A stretch of 64,000 bases of DNA from Fidelibacterota bacterium (GTDB lineage: Bacteria; Fidelibacterota; Marinisomatia; SCGC-AAA003-L08; D37C17), in assembly GCA_002717625.1 (NCBI GenBank), contig PBEF01000023.1, positions 42,103-106,102 of the forward strand. Direction: 5' to 3'. Below, piece after piece: positions 40,558 to 49,828 of the stretch (within the stretch, counting starts at the first letter, position 1; every line of letters begins with the position of its first letter). The notes under the pieces are model-generated. The model was given only the letters and a program-made list of their open reading frames with translations. It was not told where the DNA came from and made no database searches. A program made the position numbers and the translations under genes.

Positions 40558-41031
40558 ATGAAGAAAATTAAGCTATATACTGTTCAAATTAAAGAAAAAT
40601 ATTATTTTAAGATACCTGATATTATTGCAGATTCTCTTAAATTATCCAATCAGGATGAAGTAGAAGTTACAATACATAATAAAAAGAATCAGAATCAGGT
40701 AGAATTATGGGATTTGCATCCAGAAGACTTATCAAGTATTGAATTTAAAATTTCCCAAGAAGTTCATACTTTGAATATGTATAATAGACTTTATATCCCT
40801 GAAAGATACAGATTCTTTTTCCCTATGAATAATAAAGGCTTTTTATTGGTTACAGAATTAGGAAATATTAAAACACATTTAAGTGATAATGGCTATATTG
40901 CTTCTGGCTTAAGGCAGTGGTTCATGTTTAATGGTCCATTAATGCCAAATGATATTATAATTATAAAATTACTTGATGATGAATTAAATCATTATGAGTT
41001 AATCTATGAAAAAAATAGAGAGGAAAAATGA
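40558..41031 (+). CDS. small two-domain protein: AbrB/SpoVT-like N-terminus plus B3/EcoRII-N-like pseudobarrel C-terminus (putative DNA-binding)
   Basis: The N-terminus YYFKIPDIIADSLKLSNQDEVEVTI resembles a swapped-hairpin. The C-terminus NRLYIPERYRFFFP...GLRQWFMFNGPLMPNDIIIIKL resembles the B3 pattern NRLVIPK..AEK.FP...GW..FV....L..GD.V.F. Confidence 0.4.
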   Translation: MKKIKLYTVQIKEKYYFKIPDIIADSLKLSNQDEVEVTIHNKKNQNQVELWDLHPEDLSSIEFKISQEVHTLNMYNRLYIPERYRFFFPMNNKGFLLVTELGNIKTHLSDNGYIASGLRQWFMFNGPLMPNDIIIIKLLDDELNHYELIYEKNREEK

Positions 41032-42401
41032 AAACTATTATTGAACCGTTTAGAATAAAGTCTGTAGAGCCTATAAGCTTAAACTCTATAGATGATAGAA
41101 GAAAAATTCTTGATAAGGCCAATTATAATTTATTTTTATTGAAATCTAAAGATGTTATTATTGATTTATTAACAGATTCTGGTACAGGAGCAATGAGTTC
41201 AGAACAATGGGCTGGAATAATGCGGGGTGATGAATCTTATGCTGGGAGTAATAGTTTTAATTTTTTTGAATCTACAATTAAAGATTGCTTTGGTTTTGAG
41301 CATGTTTTGCCTACACATCAAGGACGAGCTGCTGAAAGAATTCTTTTTGAAGTTATGTGTAAAGAGGGTGATATTGTACCGAGTAATTCACATTTTGATA
41401 CAACAAGAGCTAACATTGAATTCCAAAAAGCTCAAGCATTAGATATGGTCCCTGAAAATTTCAATAATAGTCAACATATTGATCCTTTTAAAGGTAATAT
41501 GGATATTTTAAAGTTAAAGAAGTTAATAAAATCTGATAGGGCTAAAATCCCTTTGATAATGATTACGATTACTAATAATACTGGTGGTGGTCAGCCTGTC
41601 TCAATGAAAAATATTAGAGAGGTTAGTAAAATCGCACGCAGTAATCAAATCCCATTTTATATAGATGCTTGTAGATTTTCAGAAAATGCTTATTTTATTA
41701 AAATGAGAGAAAAAGGCTATGAGAATAGTTCTATTTTTGATATTGTAAAGGAAATGTTTTCTTATGCAGATGGATGCACTATGAGTGCAAAAAAAGATGG
41801 TATAGCAAATATAGGAGGCTTCCTTTGTACTAATGATGAAAATTTATCTATAAAGAAAAAGGATTTATTGATTTTAACAGAGGGTTTTCCAACATATGGA
41901 GGTTTAGCTGGAAGAGATTTAGAGGCAATTGCTATAGGCATAAAAGAAGCTATGAGCGAAGATTATTTAAAATATAGAATTACATCTACATCATATTTAG
42001 GAAAAAAATTATCTGATTATGGAATTCCAATTTTATTACCACCTGGAGGACATGCTATATATATTGATGCAGAATTATTCCTTCCAAATATAGATAAAAT
42101 AGAATTTCCTGCTCAAGCTTTAGCATGTGAATTATATATTGAAGGTGGTATTAGAACATCTGAAATTGGAACTCTAATGTTTGGAAGTAGTGCATCTAAT
42201 GGAGCTAAAGAAAAATTAGCAAATTTTGAGCTTGTTAGACTTGCTATCCCTAGAAGAACATATACTCAAAGCCATATTGATTATGTAATAGAAATTATTC
42301 AAAAAGTTTATGATAGAAGGAGTGATATTTATGGTTTGAAAATTATTAAGGAACCTAAATATTTAAGACATTTTAGTGCACAATTACAAAAAATAGGATA
42401 A
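41028..42401 (+). CDS. beta-eliminating lyase (tryptophanase / tyrosine phenol-lyase family)
   Basis: It carries EPFRIKSVEP, DLLTDSGTGAMS, PTHQGRAAE and the PLP-lysine context SAKKDG. Specificity for Trp versus Tyr cannot be decided by eye. Confidence 0.85.
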   Translation: MKTIIEPFRIKSVEPISLNSIDDRRKILDKANYNLFLLKSKDVIIDLLTDSGTGAMSSEQWAGIMRGDESYAGSNSFNFFESTIKDCFGFEHVLPTHQGRAAERILFEVMCKEGDIVPSNSHFDTTRANIEFQKAQALDMVPENFNNSQHIDPFKGNMDILKLKKLIKSDRAKIPLIMITITNNTGGGQPVSMKNIREVSKIARSNQIPFYIDACRFSENAYFIKMREKGYENSSIFDIVKEMFSYADGCTMSAKKDGIANIGGFLCTNDENLSIKKKDLLILTEGFPTYGGLAGRDLEAIAIGIKEAMSEDYLKYRITSTSYLGKKLSDYGIPILLPPGGHAIYIDAELFLPNIDKIEFPAQALACELYIEGGIRTSEIGTLMFGSSASNGAKEKLANFELVRLAIPRRTYTQSHIDYVIEIIQKVYDRRSDIYGLKIIKEPKYLRHFSAQLQKIG

Positions 42402-42408
42402 TGAAAAC

Positions 42409-44646
42409 ATGCCAGAATTATCAAAATACCCTAAAGTAAGTAAAAGTATTGTTAAAGAACATGGTCTATCTCAGGACGAGTATGATATAATAAAAAATGT
42501 TTTACAGAGAGATCCAAACTATGTTGAACTTGGAATATATTCGGTTATGTGGAGTGAACATTGTTCTTATAAGAGTTCAATAAAAATGTTGAAAACTCTA
42601 CCTAGGTCAGGAGGAAGACTTCTTGTTGATGCAGGAGAGGAAAATGCTGGTTTAGTTGATTTAGGTGATGATTTAGCTACAGCATTTAAAATTGAATCAC
42701 ATAATCATCCATCTGCAGTTGAACCCTATGAAGGTGCTGCTACTGGTGTAGGTGGGATAATGCGAGATGTTTTTACTATGGGAGCAAGGCCCATTGCATC
42801 TATGAATTCATTACGATTTGGTAATTTAGATATTAATAGAAATAAATTTTTGTTAGATAAGGTAGTTGAGGGAATTGCAGATTATGGGAATTGTTTAGGC
42901 ATTCCAACGGTTGGCGGAGAAGTTGTTGTTGAAGATTGTTATTCTGGTAATCCTTTAGTTAATGCTATGACAGTTGGAGTTATGAAGAGCGATCAACTTA
43001 TAAGCGCTATAGCTGAAGGAGTAGGTAATCCTGTCTATATTGTTGGTTCAAGTACAGGTAGAGATGGAATTCATGGAGCAACATTTGCATCTGAAGAGCT
43101 TACAGAAGAAACTGAATCTAAGCGTTCTAATGTACAGGTTGGAGATCCATTTACGGAAAAATTATTATTAGAAGCATCTTTGGAACTTGTTGGTAAAGAT
43201 TGGTTAGTTGGTATGCAAGATATGGGAGCAGCTGGAATTACTTGTTCTTGTTCTGAAATGTCAGCAAAAGGAAAGTCTGGAATAAAAATTGATTTAAAAG
43301 AGGTTCCCCTTAGAGAAAAAAATATGAATTCATATGAAATTATGTTATCAGAATCTCAGGAAAGAATGCTTGTAGTTATTAAAAAGGGGAATGGTGATAA
43401 ATTAAAAGAGATTTTTGAAAAGTGGGATTTGAATTGTAAAAGAATTGGTGAAGTTACCAATACAGGAAATTTAGAAGTTTATAATAATAAAACATTGGTT
43501 GCAAATATACCTGTAGACAGCCTAGTTCTAGGTGGTGGTGCTCCGCAATATGACATGCCTGCAATTAAACCTGCATATTTAAAAGATGTTAATATCTTTA
43601 ATATTGATAGTATTAAAAAAACAAAAAAAACCTTTAATGATGATTTATTAACTTTATTATCATCACCAAATATTGCTTCTAAAAGATATATTTATCAGCA
43701 GTATGATTCAACTGTTAGAACTAATACTGTTACAGGCCCCGGTTCAGATTCCGCAGTTGTTAGATTGAAAGATTCAAAAAAAGCTCTTGCTATAAGTACA
43801 GATTGTAATGGAAGACATGTCTATTTAGATCCTATTAATGGGGCTAAAATGGCTGTTGCTGAATCTGCGAGAAACGTAGTTTGTTCTGGAGGACAGCCAT
43901 TAGCAATTACAAATTGTTTGAATTTTGGGAACCCTCAAGACCCAGAAGTTTATTGGCAATTTAAGCAAGCTGTAATTGGGCTTGGTGATATGTGTAGGGA
44001 ATTAGGTACTCCTGTTACAGGAGGAAATGTTAGCTTTTATAATGAAACACTTGATACAGCTGTATATCCAACTCCTGTTATTGGTATGGTTGGTTTAATT
44101 CAAGATGTTAAAAATACAGTAACAATTAATTATAAAGAATCAGGAGATTTTATTGTAGCATTAGGTTCTTTAAATGGGGTAATAGGTGGTTCTGAATATT
44201 TGAAAACAATATATAGTCGGATTGAAGGCCCTATTGCAAATATAGATATGAGGTTAGAGCATCGAGTCCAGAGTATGTGTTTAGAATCAATTGAAAAAGG
44301 TATTATTAAGTCTGCTCATGATGTATCAGATGGAGGACTTGCTGTTAATATCGCAGAATCTATTATGACATCAAATGATAATTTAGGAGCTTCTTTAAAT
44401 GTAGTTCGTAAGCTTGAAGATGTAGAACTCTTATTTGGTGAATGTCCTAGTGTTATTATTGTGACTATAGCAGAATCAGATTTGTATAATTTAGTTGTTT
44501 TGGCTAAAAAATATGATATTCATACTCAAACAATCGGAAAGGTTACAGATGATGGTATGCTTAACATTAATGATAAAATATCATTAAAAAGAGAAGAGAT
44601 GTCAAATTCTTATTTTAATGCAATAGAACAAGTTCTAAAATCTTAA
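42409..44646 (+). CDS. purL: phosphoribosylformylglycinamidine synthase subunit PurL
   Basis: It is 745 aa, with SEHCSYKSS and ESHNHPSAVEPYEGAATGVGG, and a duplicated AIR-synthase-like architecture. Confidence 0.95.
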   Translation: MPELSKYPKVSKSIVKEHGLSQDEYDIIKNVLQRDPNYVELGIYSVMWSEHCSYKSSIKMLKTLPRSGGRLLVDAGEENAGLVDLGDDLATAFKIESHNHPSAVEPYEGAATGVGGIMRDVFTMGARPIASMNSLRFGNLDINRNKFLLDKVVEGIADYGNCLGIPTVGGEVVVEDCYSGNPLVNAMTVGVMKSDQLISAIAEGVGNPVYIVGSSTGRDGIHGATFASEELTEETESKRSNVQVGDPFTEKLLLEASLELVGKDWLVGMQDMGAAGITCSCSEMSAKGKSGIKIDLKEVPLREKNMNSYEIMLSESQERMLVVIKKGNGDKLKEIFEKWDLNCKRIGEVTNTGNLEVYNNKTLVANIPVDSLVLGGGAPQYDMPAIKPAYLKDVNIFNIDSIKKTKKTFNDDLLTLLSSPNIASKRYIYQQYDSTVRTNTVTGPGSDSAVVRLKDSKKALAISTDCNGRHVYLDPINGAKMAVAESARNVVCSGGQPLAITNCLNFGNPQDPEVYWQFKQAVIGLGDMCRELGTPVTGGNVSFYNETLDTAVYPTPVIGMVGLIQDVKNTVTINYKESGDFIVALGSLNGVIGGSEYLKTIYSRIEGPIANIDMRLEHRVQSMCLESIEKGIIKSAHDVSDGGLAVNIAESIMTSNDNLGASLNVVRKLEDVELLFGECPSVIIVTIAESDLYNLVVLAKKYDIHTQTIGKVTDDGMLNINDKISLKREEMSNSYFNAIEQVLKS

Positions 44647-45770
44647 TGAAAAATAATTTACAAATTAAATTTAATGGATCTATTAAGCCTACATTGGGTG
44701 TTGAGTTAGAACTTTTTACATTAGATAAAGATACTCTAGCATTAACAGATGGAGCTCCAAAAATATTACATCACTTTAAGGATAATTTTTTCTTTAAGCA
44801 AGAGCTGTTGCAATGTATTGTTGAAATTACTACTGATGTTTGTAATAATGTAGATGAAGTTTATGATGATTTAAGGCCAAAACTTGATATGGCAATAGAA
44901 TATGCTAATAATAATGGTCTTGAATTACTTTCAATGCCTATTCACCCTTTTTCTAAGGTAGCAGATCAAAAAGTTTCTGACAATAAAAGATATACAGAGT
45001 TTTTAGATAGGATGCAATGGCCTTTAAGAAGACTTTTGATAACAGGAATTCATGTTCATGTTGGTGTTGAATCTGGAGAAAAAGCAATAGCTATTATCAA
45101 TGGTATGAAGCGTTATATACCATATTTAATATCCTTATCAGCTAATTCTCCATATTTTGAAGGAGAAAAAACTGGACTCGCTTCTACTAGAACTAAAATA
45201 TTTGAAGGTTTACCAAATACAGGTATACCAGAAAATTTGCGTAATTATAGTGAATTTCAAAAGTTTATGAGAACTCTAATCGGAGCTAATTCTATTGAAT
45301 CTATTAGAGAAATATGGTGGGATATTAGGCCTCATCCTGGATATGGGACAGTAGAAATTAGAATATTTGATAGCATTCCCAATCTATCTGATATTAAAGA
45401 TTTAGCAGGATTATGCCAAGCCTTAGTTGTTGGAATGTCTAATCATTATGATAATGGTACTCATCTTCCTTATTTAGATAATTGGATTCTATATGAGAAT
45501 AAATGGAGAGCTACACGATACGGTGTTGATGCAGATTTAATTATTAATGAAGATGGAGAACAAATTCCTATTATAGATGAAATTGTAAGAACAATTAATA
45601 ATTTGTCTCCAGAAATTGAAGAATTAAATTTATCATCTAATATGGATAGACTTTTAAATAGATTGAAAAATAGGCATGGTTATTATAAAGATCAAATGAA
45701 GATTTATGATGAAAACAAAGATATTAATGATGTTATAAATAATGATATACAAATTTTAAAGAATTCATAA
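44646..45770 (+). CDS. carboxylate-amine ligase, glutamate-cysteine ligase family 2 (YbdK-like)
   Basis: It carries LGVELELF, GIHVHVGV and SANSPYFEG, and its length is typical of GCS2. Confidence 0.8.
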   Translation: MKNNLQIKFNGSIKPTLGVELELFTLDKDTLALTDGAPKILHHFKDNFFFKQELLQCIVEITTDVCNNVDEVYDDLRPKLDMAIEYANNNGLELLSMPIHPFSKVADQKVSDNKRYTEFLDRMQWPLRRLLITGIHVHVGVESGEKAIAIINGMKRYIPYLISLSANSPYFEGEKTGLASTRTKIFEGLPNTGIPENLRNYSEFQKFMRTLIGANSIESIREIWWDIRPHPGYGTVEIRIFDSIPNLSDIKDLAGLCQALVVGMSNHYDNGTHLPYLDNWILYENKWRATRYGVDADLIINEDGEQIPIIDEIVRTINNLSPEIEELNLSSNMDRLLNRLKNRHGYYKDQMKIYDENKDINDVINNDIQILKNS

Positions 45771-47336
45771 GTTTTTAGTTAGATTTTTCTTTAATATTAC
45801 AGAGCTTGTAAGTATCCCTGAAAATAAAGCGCTAGTAAACCCTACAGTAGTAATATCTTGTCCTGTTAAATACAAGTTTTTTATAGGCGTTTTAGGCTTT
45901 AGCCATTTCTGCTTAAACCTATCTGGGCCATGTTCTAACCCGTACATTTCCCCTGCAGGATAATTTGCTAAATCTCGGGTTGAAAGAGGCGTTGATAATT
46001 CAAAATATTCAATTTTCCCTTTAATGCTAGGTACATGCTTGTATACAATATCTAAAAGTCTATTTGATAATTCTTCTTTTAAATTTTCATATTCTTGACC
46101 ACGTTTTTTCCAATCTAAATCTTTCCATTGATCAAACCAGGATATTGAACTAAAAGTAATTGCCTCCATTGCTGATTTTCCAGGATGCTCTTTATCCCAA
46201 CTTGGATCTTTAACTGATGGAAAAGATATATATACAACAGGAAACTTATTATCAATTGACTTTAATGAATTTTGAACATTTTTATCATGATTATAATCAG
46301 GGTATATCCAAAAGTTTGTATCTTTTAATCCTAATTCTTCTGCGGTTCCATTAATCCCTATATGTAGACAGATATAACTTTCTGTTGGTTTTATTTTTTT
46401 AAGCAAGGAAGTATTAAATAAATTATTATTTTTAATGAATTTTTGAAGAGTATTTACAATTCCTGCGCTACTAATAATAGTCTTGGCATCTATTATATCG
46501 CCATTATCTAGAGTTACACCCGTAGCTTTATTGTTTTGCACATTAATTTTTTTAACATTTGCATCAACAAATAAATCTCCGTTATGTTTTTTTATAAAGG
46601 GAACTATGGTTTCTGATATTTGTCGACATCCTCCAACAGGGTAATTTCCACCATCAAAATAGTGAGACGCTATCAAAGAATGCATCATGAAACTACTTTC
46701 TTTAGGTGTTAATCCATGGTCTCCCCATTGACCTGTTAAAACTCCGATAAGCTTTTCATTTGAGGTGATTGATGAGAGCACTTCATAGGTCGTTTTATCT
46801 GAGTATTTGAAAAATTTCTTAGTTAGACTTTTGTAAAATAAAAATTCAGATATACCTGATAATGTTTTAGACATGAAATAGTTTAAACTAACTTTATTTG
46901 CTTGATCAACTAAATCTATATACTCTAAAATAGCTTTTTCTTCTTCAGGAAAATAGTTGATTAATTGCTTTATAAAATCTTCTTTTGGCGCAATGAAATC
47001 ATAAGATTTATCAGGGAATATAATTCTATCATAGTTAGGTGACATTTTATTCCATTTAAGTTTATTATCTGATATTTTATCTAGAATTCTTCTAGACATG
47101 GTTTTTTTAAGATGAACCCCTCCAATATAATGAATACCAACATCCCATTCATATCCTTTACGCTTGAAAGTATGCGTCCACCCTCCAATTTTAAAGTGTT
47201 TTTCTAGAACTAATACCTTTTTACCATACATTCCAAGAAAAGCAGCGCAAGTAAGCCCGCTAATACCAGATCCTATTATAATTACATCATAATTGTCAGA
47301 TAGTTTATCTTTACTATATTTTTTATTAATTTTCAT
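45765..47336 (-). CDS. FAD-dependent oxidoreductase, CrtI / retinol-saturase-like family
   Basis: It has an N-terminal dinucleotide fold (DVIIIGSGISGLTCAAFL...VLEKH) and a C-terminal LYLTGQD motif. It is 523 aa. Confidence 0.7.
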   Translation of the reverse strand: MKINKKYSKDKLSDNYDVIIIGSGISGLTCAAFLGMYGKKVLVLEKHFKIGGWTHTFKRKGYEWDVGIHYIGGVHLKKTMSRRILDKISDNKLKWNKMSPNYDRIIFPDKSYDFIAPKEDFIKQLINYFPEEEKAILEYIDLVDQANKVSLNYFMSKTLSGISEFLFYKSLTKKFFKYSDKTTYEVLSSITSNEKLIGVLTGQWGDHGLTPKESSFMMHSLIASHYFDGGNYPVGGCRQISETIVPFIKKHNGDLFVDANVKKINVQNNKATGVTLDNGDIIDAKTIISSAGIVNTLQKFIKNNNLFNTSLLKKIKPTESYICLHIGINGTAEELGLKDTNFWIYPDYNHDKNVQNSLKSIDNKFPVVYISFPSVKDPSWDKEHPGKSAMEAITFSSISWFDQWKDLDWKKRGQEYENLKEELSNRLLDIVYKHVPSIKGKIEYFELSTPLSTRDLANYPAGEMYGLEHGPDRFKQKWLKPKTPIKNLYLTGQDITTVGFTSALFSGILTSSVILKKNLTKNL

Positions 47337-47385
47337 TGTTTAAAAATAAACATAATAATAATTAAATTAAGTTATTAAATATTTA

Positions 47386-47772
47386 ATGAAAGGAATATGT
47401 ATGAATTTTTTAAATAGCGATAATATTGTATCAAAAAATATACATTGGCTATTAAGAATTGTTTTAGCCATTACATTTGTGAACCATGGCTATCCAAAAT
47501 TAGGCAAAGAAGTTGCCAGTCTTGGCATGGTAGGTTATTTGGTTGGTCCATTTGAATTTCTTGGAGGATTATTTGTGCTTGTAGGTCCATTTATAAAATA
47601 TAAAGATTCAATAGTGACAAGGCTGGGTGGTTTTATGATTGTTGTTATTATGCTAGGAGCAATTTATATGCATGCTTTTTCTTGGAAAGATAAAGGTTTT
47701 TTAGAGCTTGAATGGCAAATGTTATTATTTGCTACTTCTTTAATGTTTGTATTTAAAGGAGATGAAATGTAA
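47386..47772 (+). CDS. DoxX-family membrane protein
   Basis: It is 128 aa with 3 to 4 TM segments. LLRIVLAITFVNHGYPKL resembles the DoxX signature. Confidence 0.55.
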   Translation: MKGICMNFLNSDNIVSKNIHWLLRIVLAITFVNHGYPKLGKEVASLGMVGYLVGPFEFLGGLFVLVGPFIKYKDSIVTRLGGFMIVVIMLGAIYMHAFSWKDKGFLELEWQMLLFATSLMFVFKGDEM

Positions 47773-48473
47773 TGTCAGAAAGTATAGGCCAAATTATTGC
47801 AATTGGAGGTGGGGGATTTGGACGAAGTATTTATAATACTAGAATTGATAATTATATTTTAGAACAGTGCCCCAAGGAAAAACCAAATGTTTGTTTTATT
47901 CCAACAGCAAGCGCTGAGGATAAAGCATATACAGTTAATTTCTATGCTGTTTATTCAAAACGCAGTTGCAACCCTACGCATATCAATTTCTTTCAAAGAA
48001 CACCTAAGTTAGACTCTATTATCAATAAACAGGATATTATCTTTGTTGGTGGGGGAAATACAAAGAGCATGCTTGCTGTGTGGAAAGAGTGGAAACTTGA
48101 TAAACTTCTTTTAAAAGCATATAATAGAGGTGCAATTCTATGCGGTGTTAGCGCAGGTGCTATTTGTTGGTTTAAGCAAGGTATAACTGATTCTTGGGCT
48201 AGTAATTTAAATGTAATGGATTGTCTTGATTTTATTCCTGAATGTTGTTGTCCTCATTATGATGGTGAAGCTGATAGAAGACCATCTGTTCATTCTATGA
48301 TTGAAAGTGGTAAGATTTCTTCATGTTTAGCTGTTGAAGATGGTGCTGCTATTCATTATAAGGATAATAAACTTTTAACATCTGTTAGCTTTTATAAGAA
48401 TAAGAAATCATATATAGTTAAAAAAACAGAATCAGGTATTATTGAAGAAGAAATAGGATGTATTCAATTATAA
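47772..48473 (+). CDS. S51-family peptidase (peptidase E / cyanophycinase-like)
   Basis: It carries IIAIGGGGF and FVGGGNTKSML. GVSAGAICWF holds the nucleophile Ser. Confidence 0.75.
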   Translation: MSESIGQIIAIGGGGFGRSIYNTRIDNYILEQCPKEKPNVCFIPTASAEDKAYTVNFYAVYSKRSCNPTHINFFQRTPKLDSIINKQDIIFVGGGNTKSMLAVWKEWKLDKLLLKAYNRGAILCGVSAGAICWFKQGITDSWASNLNVMDCLDFIPECCCPHYDGEADRRPSVHSMIESGKISSCLAVEDGAAIHYKDNKLLTSVSFYKNKKSYIVKKTESGIIEEEIGCIQL

Positions 48474-49828
48474 GGATTATATTAAAATATATGTATATTT
48501 CAATCTTTAACATTCGTTATTTGTTATCGATATTTTTATACTTTTCTTTATCTTACAGCCAGGCAATAATAACTGTAGATAATAGTTCATCTAGTATATT
48601 CTATAATGAAGGATGTGTTAGAGGTGTGCAGATGGAGATTGAACATGAAGAAGGTGTTGTGATTAATCCTGCTAGTTATTATGTTTCTCAATCTGTATTG
48701 CTTGATTCTAATAGAACAAGATTAGTGTTGGTTTCCACTGAAGTTTGTATCGAAGATTTATTTAGCTATTATGGAGGAGATATAATAATTTCTGATGTCC
48801 TTGTTGTCGATCAGTATGCAGAAGAAATAGATTGGGTTATTTATAACTATTTTCCCTTATTGGGAGATTTGAATAATGATGGTGTGTTGGATGTTGTAGA
48901 TATTATAGTCTTGGTTGATATTGTTTTAAATGACATATATTCTATTGATGCTGATTTAAATGAAAATGGGGTTGTAGATATTGTTGATATTATATCATTA
49001 GTTAATTTAATTCTATATCCTCCATCTGATTTCTACAGTGAAAGATATATGATACTTGTAGATGGTGCTATAGATGAAAATCAGCTTGTTCCATTAGGAG
49101 TTACATCTAATGGAGGATATTTAGAATATGATAATAAAGCTTCTTTTCCTAGTCTATTTGATAACACAGATATAGTAATGTCCTATACAGATGAATTTTC
49201 AAATCAGCTAGCAGAATTCCAGCTAGATGATTTAACACAAGGTTATTTTAATTGGCTTATATTAGAGAATATAAATACAGGCCAAACATACTCAATGAGC
49301 AATGCCTTTGCTCCGCTGATTTTAATAGAAGACATGATTAATGTATTTGATGTTTATATCGGACATAATAATATGTTTAATTTTACGCATTCAACTCAAA
49401 GTGGTGACTTTAACCTTATCTTTAATTTTGAGCATGAGCTTAATCTTGATGTAGATGGTATAAGTGTGTCTCTTCAATATGCTCTAGATTGTAATCCTGA
49501 TATTTTTTGGTGGTGTTCTGATCCAGAACAATACAATTATAGTATTAATCGTCCTACTACTTCCTTTAAGTTTCAAATATGTGATGCTGATGATGAGGTT
49601 CACTTTCTTATTCAGCTTCTTGATGGCACGGTGGTAGATGAATGGATAGAGTCATATCCATTAGGAGAGTATACGTACCAATTTACTCCACCTGCTATGA
49701 TTACAGGGGGATTGCAAATCTATAAATATTCTATGTATGTTCAAGGAGGAGAACAATGTGAAGATGGGGGATGGATGCCTTTTTCTACATATAAATTATT
49801 TAGTAATTATCCGAATCCATTTAATTAG
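48458..49828 (+). CDS. secreted protein with internal dockerin-type module and truncated T9SS-CTD remnant
   Basis: A signal-like segment (YLLSIFLYFSLSYSQA) is present. The dockerin repeats lie at residues 136-186. The protein ends abruptly at SNYPNPFN. The start may be at the internal Met (48491). Confidence 0.55.
   Translation: MYSIIRIILKYMYISIFNIRYLLSIFLYFSLSYSQAIITVDNSSSSIFYNEGCVRGVQMEIEHEEGVVINPASYYVSQSVLLDSNRTRLVLVSTEVCIEDLFSYYGGDIIISDVLVVDQYAEEIDWVIYNYFPLLGDLNNDGVLDVVDIIVLVDIVLNDIYSIDADLNENGVVDIVDIISLVNLILYPPSDFYSERYMILVDGAIDENQLVPLGVTSNGGYLEYDNKASFPSLFDNTDIVMSYTDEFSNQLAEFQLDDLTQGYFNWLILENINTGQTYSMSNAFAPLILIEDMINVFDVYIGHNNMFNFTHSTQSGDFNLIFNFEHELNLDVDGISVSLQYALDCNPDIFWWCSDPEQYNYSINRPTTSFKFQICDADDEVHFLIQLLDGTVVDEWIESYPLGEYTYQFTPPAMITGGLQIYKYSMYVQGGEQCEDGGWMPFSTYKLFSNYPNPFN
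48863..49015 (+). other. dockerin-type module (internal position)
   Basis: The repeats are GDLNNDGVLDVVDIIVLVDIVL and ADLNENGVVDIVDIISLVNLIL, separated by a 7-residue linker. Confidence 0.6.
49802..49825 (+). other. remnant of the first strand of a T9SS-type CTD
   Basis: SNYPNPFN is followed directly by TAG. The intact CTD at 54912 begins LYPNPFNPSINFDFEI. Confidence 0.45.
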
